Shown here in pieces: positions 30,280 to 39,983 of a stretch of DNA of 64,000 bases. The stretch spans positions 1 through 64,000 of IMG/VR virus record IMGVR_UViG_3300042298_003235; one strand, 5' to 3'. Under the pieces are notes generated by a model. It was not told the origin of the DNA and made no database searches. It saw only the letters and a program-made list of their open reading frames with translations. Positions within the stretch are counted from its first letter, which is position 1. Every line of letters begins with the position of its first letter. Origin of the DNA: a virus. Made by a program: the position numbers and the translations under genes.

Positions 30280-30693
30280 ATGGCTAATTTTATTTATGGA
30301 AAAGCTAAACAGGCTTTGTTTAATGGGCAAATTAACTTTTCAGCAAATAATTATAAACTTCTTTTTATTAAAAGCTCTTTATATACTCCTTCTCAAAATT
30401 CTGATGAGTTCGTTTCTAATATTAATGTCAGTGCTATAGCCTATAGGACTGGTAATATTTCTAATATAACAAACACGCTTGGGGTAATAGATGCTGCAGA
30501 TATCACCGTAGATTCTTATTCTAGTGGTCCATTTGAAGCTGTGGTTTTGTACCAAGTAGGCTCAACAGATTCATCCTCTAGATTAGTTTTTTACATAGAT
30601 ACAGGAATTGGTCTGCCATATACACTCACTAATGAACAAGTACCAATTACTATAAATTGGAGCAACACTTTAACTAAAATAATGTCTTTATAG
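30280..30693 (+). CDS. Virion structural protein
   Basis: 137 aa, coupled to the previous gene. Confidence 0.65.
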   Translation: MANFIYGKAKQALFNGQINFSANNYKLLFIKSSLYTPSQNSDEFVSNINVSAIAYRTGNISNITNTLGVIDAADITVDSYSSGPFEAVVLYQVGSTDSSSRLVFYIDTGIGLPYTLTNEQVPITINWSNTLTKIMSL

Positions 30694-30702
30694 GAGATAT
30701 AC

Positions 30703-31041
30703 GTGCCGATACAATACCCAGCATCTTTAGACAATTTCACGAACCCAAGCTCTACTGATATGTTGAACTCTGTCACCGTACCTCATCATACTCAGCATTC
30801 TAATCTAAACGATGCAGTAGAAGCAATAGAAGCAGAACTAGGAGTTAATCCTAGTAGTACTTTTTCTACAGTTGGCGCAAGGATTTTCGAAGCAGAAAGA
30901 CAAATCGCCGAACAATCGGTACTAAATGGTCTCACCGATGTTACTATAAGCTCAGTTGCTAGTGGTCAAGTTTTGCGCTATAACGGCTCGCAGTGGATCA
31001 ATTATGCAGAAAGCAATCTAGTCGATGGAGGAAATTTTTAA
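30703..31041 (+). CDS. Virion structural protein
   Basis: LNGLTDV...GQVLRYNGSQW repeat and C-terminal DGGNF. Confidence 0.65.
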   Translation: MPIQYPASLDNFTNPSSTDMLNSVTVPHHTQHSNLNDAVEAIEAELGVNPSSTFSTVGARIFEAERQIAEQSVLNGLTDVTISSVASGQVLRYNGSQWINYAESNLVDGGNF

Positions 31042-32505
31042 ATGGCTAACATTCTAAGAATTAGAAGAAGATCGGGATCTGGTGCCGCAGGTGCGCCGGA
31101 TAGTCTGGAAAATGCAGAGTTAGCTTTTAATGAAGCCGACAATACTCTTTATTACGGTAAAGGGACTAGCGGTGCCGGTGGTACAGCAACTAACGTAATT
31201 GCTATTGGAGGATACGGTTCTTATGCCACACTTGGAACTTCGCAAACAATAACTGGAGATAAAACTTTTTCTGGAGCTGTAATAGTCCCAACTCCAAGCG
31301 CAAATACACACGCAACTACTAAAACATATGTAGATAATTTAATTAGCAACTCAATTATAAATGCGTCGTTTACTGTTGCTGCAGATAGTGGATCTAGCCA
31401 AACAATTAACACAAGCAACACTCTTACTATATCTGGTGGAGTAGGTTTAACAAGCGTTGCTTCTATTACAGATACGGTAACTCTTAATTTAGATAACACT
31501 ACAGTAACAGCAGGATCATATGGGTCAACAACAAAGATACCTACATTTACAGTAGACGCACAAGGTCGTTTAACCGCTGCGTCTGAAGCAAATGTTGCAA
31601 CTGTTCTTTCTATAGCAGGTGGAACTGGAACTGATACAGTAGATCTTTTAAGTGATACTTTGACATTTACTGGCGGTACTGGTGTAGCTACATCTGTATC
31701 AAACAACGCAGTAACAATATCAATAGGTCAAACTGTAGCAACAACTAGTGGCGTAACTTTTGCTACTGTTACTACAACCGGAGATACATCAGTTGGTGGA
31801 AATCTTACAGTATCTGGAAACCTAACAGTAGATGGATCATTAACATCAATAAATTCAACAACTCTTACTGTAGATGATAAAAATATTGAACTGGCAAGCA
31901 CCGCTTCGCCAAGTGACGTTACTGCAGATGGTGCAGGAATCACAGTAAAAGGAAGTACAGACAAGACTTTTAATTGGGTAGATGCAACTGACGCCTGGAC
32001 TTCTTCTGAAAATTTAAATATAGCTACAGGAAAAGTATTCCAAGTTAATGGAGTAACCGTTCTTTCGGCAACAGGCTTGGGAAGTTCCGTGGTATCTTCT
32101 TCGCTTACAAGCGTTGGAACAATCGTTACAGGAGTATGGAATGGTTCTACAATAGCAATAGCTAACGGTGGAACTGGTTCAACAACTGCTTCAGATGCAC
32201 GCACGGCTCTTGGATTAGCTATAGGAACAGATGTTCAGGCTTACGACGCAGAGTTGGCAGCATTAGCTGGTCTTACGTCAGCTGCAGATAAGCTTCCTTA
32301 CTTTACTGGTTCTGGCACCGCTTCATTGGCTACGCTTACTACATTTGGAAGAAGCTTGATAGATGATGCAGACGCAGCAACAAGCCGTACAACATTAGGC
32401 CTTGGCACAATAGCAGTGCAAAATGCAAACAATGTGACTATAACTGGAGGCGCTGTTTCCAATATCACTATTGATAATGTTACTATCGACGGTGGAACAT
32501 TCTAA
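31042..32505 (+). CDS. Tail fibre-like protein
   Basis: IRRR...ELAFNEAD N-terminus, VDAQGRLTAA, GGTG repeats, C-terminal DGGTF. Confidence 0.75.
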   Translation: MANILRIRRRSGSGAAGAPDSLENAELAFNEADNTLYYGKGTSGAGGTATNVIAIGGYGSYATLGTSQTITGDKTFSGAVIVPTPSANTHATTKTYVDNLISNSIINASFTVAADSGSSQTINTSNTLTISGGVGLTSVASITDTVTLNLDNTTVTAGSYGSTTKIPTFTVDAQGRLTAASEANVATVLSIAGGTGTDTVDLLSDTLTFTGGTGVATSVSNNAVTISIGQTVATTSGVTFATVTTTGDTSVGGNLTVSGNLTVDGSLTSINSTTLTVDDKNIELASTASPSDVTADGAGITVKGSTDKTFNWVDATDAWTSSENLNIATGKVFQVNGVTVLSATGLGSSVVSSSLTSVGTIVTGVWNGSTIAIANGGTGSTTASDARTALGLAIGTDVQAYDAELAALAGLTSAADKLPYFTGSGTASLATLTTFGRSLIDDADAATSRTTLGLGTIAVQNANNVTITGGAVSNITIDNVTIDGGTF

Positions 32506-32527
32506 ATAAATCTTGAAAGAGGACTAA

Positions 32528-35500
32528 ATGACTACACCTTCAATAACGCAAGGCCAATTTGCCATTGATCCAAGCACTGGAGTTTTATATTATAAAAACG
32601 CAGTAGGCACATTAGTACAATCATCACTGTCTTGGCAGCATGTGAGCAACACTGCTATATCTACAGATGATAGTATTACAGTTTCTGGAAGTATGGTTAT
32701 TGCCGGCAACTTGACGGTCAATGGCACAACAGTTACATTAAATACAGAAACTACAGTCATAGAAGACAATATAATTCTATTGAATTCTGGAGTTACAACA
32801 AGTCCTACATTGAATGCAGGCATTGAAGTCGAACGCGGAACTTCCGCTAATGTTTCTATTATTTGGGATGAAAGTAACGATAGATGGACTTTCACCAATG
32901 ATGGAACAACTTATCATAACTTCTTATTAACAACTGCAAACATTACAGGAACCTCTGCTGCATGGGCTACTGCAAGGACTATAACATTAGCTGGAGATTT
33001 ATCAGGTAGCGTTTCATTAGATGGAACTTCTAACGTAACTTTGTCGGCTACACTCCAAGCAGCAGCAGTCGCCAATAAAGCTAACATAGCTTCTCCAACA
33101 TTTACCGGAACAGTTACGATTCCTGCTGGAGCAGTTATCTCTGGCTATGCAACACTGGCGAACCCAACCTTTACTGGAACAGTTGCAGGTGTGACAAAAG
33201 CTATGGTTGGTCTAGGAGACGTCGACAATACATCAGATGCTGGGAAGCCAGTTTCTACAGCACAACAAACTGCTCTTAACCTTAAATCTAATATAGCATC
33301 TCCAACATTTACTGGAACCGTGACTATCCCTGCTGGAGCAGTTATCTCTGGTTATGCGACACTAGCTAACCCAACCTTCACTGGAACAGTTGCTGGCATT
33401 ACAAAATCTATGGTTGGCCTAGGCGACGTTGACAATACAACGGATGCAGCCAAGCCAGTTTCTACAGCTCAACAAACAGCTCTTGACCTTAAATCCAATA
33501 TAGCTTCTCCAACATTCACTGGTACTGTAACTATTCCTGCTGGAGCATCTATTTCTGGTTTTGCTACATTAGCAAGTCCAGCGCTAACGGGTGTACCAAC
33601 TGCACCTACTGCAGCCGCAAATACTAATACTACGCAAATAGCAACTACGGCTTTTGTGCAGGCTGAATTAACTGAGCTTTTGGGCGGAGCAGGAACTGCT
33701 TTTGATACACTCAAAGAGCTAGAAGATTTACTCACCAGCGGTGGATCAACGGTAACTAGTTTAATTACTGAAGTTAACACAAAAGCGCCAAAAGGCAGTC
33801 CAACATTTACTGGTACCGTAACTATACCTACTCTTTTAGTTGACGGGATAGAAGTCGATACAACAGGGGCAACTGTTGGTCAAGTTCTAAAATATGATGG
33901 TACTAAGTTTATTCCATCACAAGATAACGTTGCTAGCGCTGGGGCATTAACTCTATCAGATCTTTCAAACGTATTAATTACAAGCGTTCAAGATGGTTCT
34001 GTTCTTTCTTATAGCAGTGCTAGTTCAAAATGGGTAAACGCTCCATTGAGCTTAGGCTTAGATGGACTGTCTGACGTTTCCGTTACTTCAGTTGCTAATA
34101 AAGAAGTTATCATTTATGATGCTGGCAGCAGTGTATTTAGAAACGCAAGAATAGGCATATCAGATATAGTAAGTTTTAATATAACAAGTCTTGCCAATAA
34201 TGATCACTTGAGATGGGATTCAGCTTCAGACAAATGGGTTAATATACCAGTAGACGGTATGATGACATTTAACCAACTTAGCGATGTGACTACAACAAGC
34301 GTAGCAAGTGATCAATTCGTAAAATGGAATGGCACTGCTTGGGTCAACTCTACAGTTTCACCAGTTATTACCCTTGGTGGAGATTTAACTGGTTCGGTCA
34401 CCTTAACTGATCTTGGTAGCGCAACACTGACTGCAACTATAGCTGCAAACTCGGTTAGCTTGGGTACCGATACAACAGGCGATTATGTAGCAACAATCAC
34501 TGGTGGCACTGGAGTTACATCAACAGCCTCTACTTCAGGAGAAGGCACAACTCATACTCTTTCTATTGGACAAGAAGTTGGAACAAACGCAAATGTTAGC
34601 TTTAATAATATTAGCGCTGCAGGCGATATATTCTTGGGATCAAATGCAGCCACATTTGCTGGGACTCTTACTAATCCAACTTTAGTAGTTCAAGCCAATC
34701 ATACTGATTATTCTCAGATAGCTTTTAGAAATACCGGCACAAGCCCAGATTCTTCTACTGACATCATAGCTTATTGCGACACTGGTACAGATGCAAGCGG
34801 TTGGATAGATATGGGAGTAACATCTAGTAACTTCTCCGACCCAGCATTCACTATTACTGGAGCCCATGATGGCTACATATTCTATGAAGCCAAAGCCAAT
34901 ACAACAGGTAGTGGTAATTTAGTTTTTGCAACTGGAGCAAATGGAACCCATAACCATATAGTATTTGCTGCTGGTGGATTGTCCTCGGACAACACCCAAA
35001 TGACAATATTCCCAGATGTTAATGTTCATATAGAAATACCAACTCCTTCAACAAGTCCATCAACTGGAGCACTTACTGTTGTTGGTGGAGTTGGTATCCA
35101 AGGAAACTTAAACATTGCAGGAAACGTTAACATACAAGGAACAATAGCCTTTGGTGGTGGTGGTACAACCGTAGAAACCGCAAACCTTTCAGTAACTGAT
35201 CCTTTTATTTTCTTAGCAAATGCAAATACTAGCGACATACTCGACTCTGGTTTTGTCACAGCATATAAAAATAGCGATGCTACACCAAGCACTAGGTACT
35301 CTGGTATAGTCAGAGACGCATCAGACGGCGTCTTTAAAATATTTACATCAGCAACAACAAAGCCATCTTCAACAGTAAACTTCTCTGAAGCAGGATTAGC
35401 CTACGCTTCGCTAAAGGCAAATAACGTAACTGCTGAGTCTTTAGTTTCAAATAGCGGAATAACACTCGCTGCAGGCAATTCTATTACAATTGGTTCAACA

Positions 35501-35932
35501 CAAGTTTTAACCGCAAATACCTACGTTGGTCAAGCAGCTTCCGTTGTTAACGGAGTTTATACTACCGATACGGCTACGGTAACTCCTACCATGTTAGCAA
35601 CTGGCCCAGCTAGATCTGGATTTAGGTCAGAGATTAATGCTCAAACAGGAACTTCATATACTTTAGTCCTTGAGGACCTAGCTAAACTGATTACCATGGA
35701 TAATAGCAGCCCTATGACATTAACAGTGCCAGAAAATGCATCTGTTGCCTTTGCTGTAGGTGACAAGATTGACATTCTTAGAAAGGGGGCAGGTACTTTA
35801 ACTATTGCAGGTACTGGGTCTGCTTCCGTCAATGCAACTCCAGGTTTGAAGTTGCGCGCACAGTGGTCATCTGCTACACTTGTCAAGTTAGCAACAAATA
35901 CTTGGGTTTTAATAGGAGACTTGGCAGCATAA
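32528..35932 (+). CDS. Long tail fibre protein A (1134 aa)
   Basis: SPTFTGT repeats, LSDV...YD/WN repeats; C-terminal domain shared with 39984-43037. Confidence 0.8.
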   Translation: MTTPSITQGQFAIDPSTGVLYYKNAVGTLVQSSLSWQHVSNTAISTDDSITVSGSMVIAGNLTVNGTTVTLNTETTVIEDNIILLNSGVTTSPTLNAGIEVERGTSANVSIIWDESNDRWTFTNDGTTYHNFLLTTANITGTSAAWATARTITLAGDLSGSVSLDGTSNVTLSATLQAAAVANKANIASPTFTGTVTIPAGAVISGYATLANPTFTGTVAGVTKAMVGLGDVDNTSDAGKPVSTAQQTALNLKSNIASPTFTGTVTIPAGAVISGYATLANPTFTGTVAGITKSMVGLGDVDNTTDAAKPVSTAQQTALDLKSNIASPTFTGTVTIPAGASISGFATLASPALTGVPTAPTAAANTNTTQIATTAFVQAELTELLGGAGTAFDTLKELEDLLTSGGSTVTSLITEVNTKAPKGSPTFTGTVTIPTLLVDGIEVDTTGATVGQVLKYDGTKFIPSQDNVASAGALTLSDLSNVLITSVQDGSVLSYSSASSKWVNAPLSLGLDGLSDVSVTSVANKEVIIYDAGSSVFRNARIGISDIVSFNITSLANNDHLRWDSASDKWVNIPVDGMMTFNQLSDVTTTSVASDQFVKWNGTAWVNSTVSPVITLGGDLTGSVTLTDLGSATLTATIAANSVSLGTDTTGDYVATITGGTGVTSTASTSGEGTTHTLSIGQEVGTNANVSFNNISAAGDIFLGSNAATFAGTLTNPTLVVQANHTDYSQIAFRNTGTSPDSSTDIIAYCDTGTDASGWIDMGVTSSNFSDPAFTITGAHDGYIFYEAKANTTGSGNLVFATGANGTHNHIVFAAGGLSSDNTQMTIFPDVNVHIEIPTPSTSPSTGALTVVGGVGIQGNLNIAGNVNIQGTIAFGGGGTTVETANLSVTDPFIFLANANTSDILDSGFVTAYKNSDATPSTRYSGIVRDASDGVFKIFTSATTKPSSTVNFSEAGLAYASLKANNVTAESLVSNSGITLAAGNSITIGSTQVLTANTYVGQAASVVNGVYTTDTATVTPTMLATGPARSGFRSEINAQTGTSYTLVLEDLAKLITMDNSSPMTLTVPENASVAFAVGDKIDILRKGAGTLTIAGTGSASVNATPGLKLRAQWSSATLVKLATNTWVLIGDLAA
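33077..33570 (+). repeat. Coding tandem repeat, 207 nt (69 aa) period, ~2.4 copies
   Basis: K(A/S)NIASPTFTGTVTIPAGA units start at ~33077, 33284 and 33491. Confidence 0.75.
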
Positions 35933-35933
35933 T

Positions 35934-36357
35934 ATGGCAACAGGTGACAAATCAGGAACAAGGAAAAAAGCAGTCCCGACCGTAACTGGCCGGAAAAGAC
36001 AGCGCTGCTAACACAGCGATCACAACGGCTGGTTTTCGCGTTGGTACAATAACTAATGTTTCTACTGACGTAGAAGGCCAACTTGGTGACGTAACTGCCC
36101 AAACTCCAATAGCAGGTGCTTTGACACCGATGGACACTAATATAGATTACACTAGAAAGAGCCCATTTTTCCCACCGTATTTTCCTCCTTACTTCCCACC
36201 GTATTTCCCGCCATACTTCCCACCTTTCTTCCCACCGTTTTTCCCACCTTTCTTTCCTCCATTCTTCCCACCGTTTTTCCCACCGTTCTTCCCTCCGTTC
36301 TTCCCACCGTTCTTCCCACCGTTCTTCCCACCGTTCTTCCCACCATTCTTTAAGTAA
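35934..36357 (+). CDS. PASTA-like domain + (PPYF/PPFF)15 protein 1 (140 aa), needing +1 at CGGA 35991-35994
   Basis: VPTVTG-G-KDSAANTAITTAGFRVG...VTAQTPIAG, then PFF(PPxF)15K. Confidence 0.75.
36163..36351 (+). repeat. 12-nt coding tandem repeat (CCN CCN TWY TTY)
   Basis: Synonymously diverged repeat encoding PPYF/PPFF. Confidence 0.95.
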
Positions 36358-36372
36358 AGGAAAAACCATATT

Positions 36373-37678
36373 ATGGTTAATATCTTAAAGGTAAAAAGAT
36401 CTGGACAGGTAGCCCAAACACCATCTTCTTTGGAGGATGGTGAATTAGCAATAAATTACGCTGATGGTAAACTATTTTATAAGAATTCCTCAAACTCCAT
36501 AGTACGGAGCAGCGTTAATATCTTCGATTGTTGGTACAGCAAGTCAGATCACTGTTAGTTCTACAAGCGGAGCATATACCCTATCGCTTCCGTCAACAAT
36601 AAATGTTTCGCAAGTGCAGGCAAGCACACTTTTAGTTGACTCAATAGAGATAGACCCTTCTGGGGCATCTACAAACCAAGTACTTAAGTTTAACGGAACA
36701 AAATTTATACCCGGCGTAATATCTATTTACGAAAATACCGGAGGATCCTATACAGAAGTATTTGGTGATAGTATAAATAGCTCATTTTTAATTACTCATA
36801 ATTTGGGTACAAGAGAAGTTTTAGTTATTGTACAAAATGTAAATAATTACGAAAACGTTATAGTAAACTGGAACGCAACTACATTAAATGCAATAACTTT
36901 AGACTTTTCTCAAGTAGTAGACCTTAACTCAAAAAAAGTCATAGTCCTTTCAGCTGGTACAGGGTTTAAACATACTCAAATTATAGGCGATGGTACCTCT
37001 ACAGAAATCCCTGTAAGCCATCTATTAGGCTCACAGGAAGCTTATGCGGTAGTTAGGAGTACAACTGCCCCATACGAAATTATAGAATGCAGGTTTGAGC
37101 CTAGGTCAAAGAAGCATGGTGTTTTATTCTTCTCGTCTCCTCCAGCAGTGGATTCTTTATCAGTTTCAGTTTTTGTGCCTTTGCAAGGCTTTGCATATTC
37201 TGTTAATGTTGGAAACAACGTATCAAATTCTTTTAATATTACTCATAATTTAAATACAAAAAATATAAATATAGTATGTAGAGATACAGAATATCCTTAC
37301 GCTTATTCTGAAATACAATGGGAAGCGAATTCGGACAACAGTGCTGTAGTAAGGTTTTCCGCCGCTCCAGGAGTTTTATCTAAAAGAATAACAGTATTTA
37401 GCTCAATAGGTTCAAAGTATGACCTTGGTAATTTATCTGAATTAAATGATATTACCTTAACCAGCGTACAAAATAGCGAAACATTAATCTATAATGGGTC
37501 CTTTTGGGCGAACAGGCAGAGAATAAGTACCGTTATACCATCGAGCATTTATGGCCAAGCAGGAGATAAAAAAGGAGACATATCCATTGATGCGAACCAC
37601 CTGTACGTATGCTATAGTGATTATGTAAATAACAGCACTCGTGTGTGGAGAAGGGTACAACTAGATTCTTCTTGGTAG
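36373..37678 (+). CDS. Tail fibre-associated protein (~434 aa), needing +1 at CGGA 36505-36508
   Basis: N-terminus similar to the 31042 protein (KRS...GELAINYADGKLFYK) joins ORF 36614 containing ITHNL repeats. Confidence 0.75.
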
Positions 37679-37704
37679 TTGCTGTTCTGTTCTAAGGGTT
37701 GCGT

Positions 37705-39078
37705 ATGCTCCAGATGAATGTTTTGGATTATCTTTTCCTATTACAGGAACACAAAAATAGCTTACCATTAAACACTTTTACTCTTATAGAGAATAAAAAC
37801 CAAGAATGTTTAATTCCTTTTATAAAACAAAATATAAAAAGAAACATATCTAATTCTGTAATACATTCTCATAAACTAACAAAAGGGCTTTTGCAAAAAG
37901 AGTACCCGTACTTGGTAAAAGACGAAAACCTAAATCTAGACAATCATATTACTTCTTATAATCTAGATGGTCTATTAACGGAAAAAGAAAAAAACGATCT
38001 TTTAAAGATCATTTATAATAAAAAATTTAATACAAAAATTCCACTTTGGGAATTAATTTTAATATATAATTTTGACAAATTTGGCAACACTGCTCTTATA
38101 AGACGAATACCACACCTGATAGCAGACGGAGAAGCAAATGCTGCAGCGTTTAATATATTCTTTGACGAATGCACCCTTCCGAGCGTAAAGTTAAAAAATA
38201 AAAAAATAAACTGGTTTAATTGTAAAGCATCAAATGCAAAAAAAATACTAAAATACTATAGCTTTTTTGCAATGGGGTTTTTGTTAAAAACAAACGATAT
38301 TAATAACCATATAGAAAAAAGCACTGACATTCAACAAAGTCAATGGATTAATCCAAGAAATACAAAAAAAAGTTATACAAAATTAGAGATAAATTATTCC
38401 GATGTGGAAAAAAAAATCAAAATATTAGGCGTTTCTTTTACTGATTTTTGCGCCTATGTAACCTCTACTGGTTATGTAAATTATCAATTTTCTAAAAATA
38501 AAACAATAAACAAAAAAATATATGGGTCAATTCCAATTACTTATAGAAAAACAAAAAACAAAAAGCCACTATATGGAACGCAAGCTGTATTCGCCATTTT
38601 CGATATGAACTCAGAGGAACAAGATAATTTAATAAGATTATTTAAAATTAAAGAATCAATAAAAAAGAATTTTATTTTAATAAAAAAATCTCCTCTAATC
38701 TATTATTATAAAGGTCTTTTAAATCATCCTTTTAAGAGCAAATTAAATTATTCAATATCAATGTTAAACAATTTAGACTGGAATAATCGTAGAAAAATCC
38801 CTTCTTTTAATAAGGAAGGTTTCTCACATGCAACCTCTATTTCTTTAAAAAAGCTTACTTCTTCTAATTTTGATTATTCTATAAATAATAATAAAATTTT
38901 AGAAACTAATACTTTCCCTACAATAGTGCACTCAAATACAAGCATAGGTTTTAATACAATGTTTAGGGTTGATAAAGAAAAACTAATACTTTCCGTATGT
39001 TCAGTTGATGGCATCATAGAAGATAGTGATCTTCTTCTAACTATGCTTGAAAAAGCTGTCTATGATTTAGTTAATTAA
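37705..39078 (+). CDS. WS/DGAT or condensation-family acyltransferase-like protein
   Basis: PLWEL...RIPHLIADG (variant of HHxxxDG); very AT-rich. Confidence 0.6.
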   Translation: MLQMNVLDYLFLLQEHKNSLPLNTFTLIENKNQECLIPFIKQNIKRNISNSVIHSHKLTKGLLQKEYPYLVKDENLNLDNHITSYNLDGLLTEKEKNDLLKIIYNKKFNTKIPLWELILIYNFDKFGNTALIRRIPHLIADGEANAAAFNIFFDECTLPSVKLKNKKINWFNCKASNAKKILKYYSFFAMGFLLKTNDINNHIEKSTDIQQSQWINPRNTKKSYTKLEINYSDVEKKIKILGVSFTDFCAYVTSTGYVNYQFSKNKTINKKIYGSIPITYRKTKNKKPLYGTQAVFAIFDMNSEEQDNLIRLFKIKESIKKNFILIKKSPLIYYYKGLLNHPFKSKLNYSISMLNNLDWNNRRKIPSFNKEGFSHATSISLKKLTSSNFDYSINNNKILETNTFPTIVHSNTSIGFNTMFRVDKEKLILSVCSVDGIIEDSDLLLTMLEKAVYDLVN

Positions 39079-39103
39079 GAAAAGATATGGTATAATAAAA
39101 ATT

Positions 39104-39907
39104 ATGGAAAATAATAAGATCGAAATCTCAAAAGAACAAATCCAATCTTGGAATGTCTTTTTTGCCATTCCCTGTTATAACTCAGTGGTTACAGAACCAT
39201 TTTTTGCTTCATTCTTAAAAACTAGTATATACTTAAATTCCATAGGCTTAAACTGGACACTGTGTACTATAGCTGATTCCTTGATAAATAGAGCAAGAAA
39301 TAATTTGATAGCTAAATTTTTGGGTAATAAAGAGTGCACGCACATAATGTTTATAGATTCAGATATTCAATTTGATCATGAATCAATCGTTAAACTTCTT
39401 TGGCATGACAAAGAAATTATAACAGGCTCATATCCAATTAAAGAAATAGATTGGAAAAAAGTAAAAGAACTGTCAATAGAGGACACTGCCCACGAAGATT
39501 TGTTATCTAAGTCGACAAAACACGTTGTTCATTTAGCAAAGGAAAACCAAACTACTGTCAATGTAGAAAAAGGTGCGATAGAAGTTTTCGAAGCCGGAAC
39601 TGGCTTTATGCTGATAAAGCGTGAAGCTTTGGAAAAAATGATGGAACAGTATGGGGAATATAAGTACTTAGACGATACCGGCGCTCTTAGCCCAGAAGAA
39701 TTAGATTACGGCTACGCTTTTTTTAATTCATACGTAGATGAGACTGGCAGATTCCTTTCGGAAGATTACGGTTTTTGTAGATATTGGCAAAATATAGGCG
39801 GAAAAATATGGTTAGATCCATCTATAAATCTTTCCCATTTTGGCAGCATGAAGTATACTTCTAGCATTCAAGACTATATTAATTCTACATTGCAATTTAA
39901 TGGCTAG
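39104..39907 (+). CDS. Glycosyltransferase (GT-A)
   Basis: AIPCY, SLINRARN, FIDSDI, GTGFMLIKR, LSEDYGFC. Confidence 0.85.
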   Translation: MENNKIEISKEQIQSWNVFFAIPCYNSVVTEPFFASFLKTSIYLNSIGLNWTLCTIADSLINRARNNLIAKFLGNKECTHIMFIDSDIQFDHESIVKLLWHDKEIITGSYPIKEIDWKKVKELSIEDTAHEDLLSKSTKHVVHLAKENQTTVNVEKGAIEVFEAGTGFMLIKREALEKMMEQYGEYKYLDDTGALSPEELDYGYAFFNSYVDETGRFLSEDYGFCRYWQNIGGKIWLDPSINLSHFGSMKYTSSIQDYINSTLQFNG

Positions 39908-39983
39908 AACACAATAGTTTTGTAGTATGAGCATTACTATATCTAGAGTTAACCAATTCAGCGATATTTAGCATAGGAGCAAA

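Noticed and set aside
35641-36369. Antisense ORFs rich in WEER or VGRT repeats (also 36152-36346, 43238-43528, 43260-43478)
   Set aside because: They are shadows of the 12-nt PPFF repeat; variation is synonymous only in the plus-strand PPxF frame.
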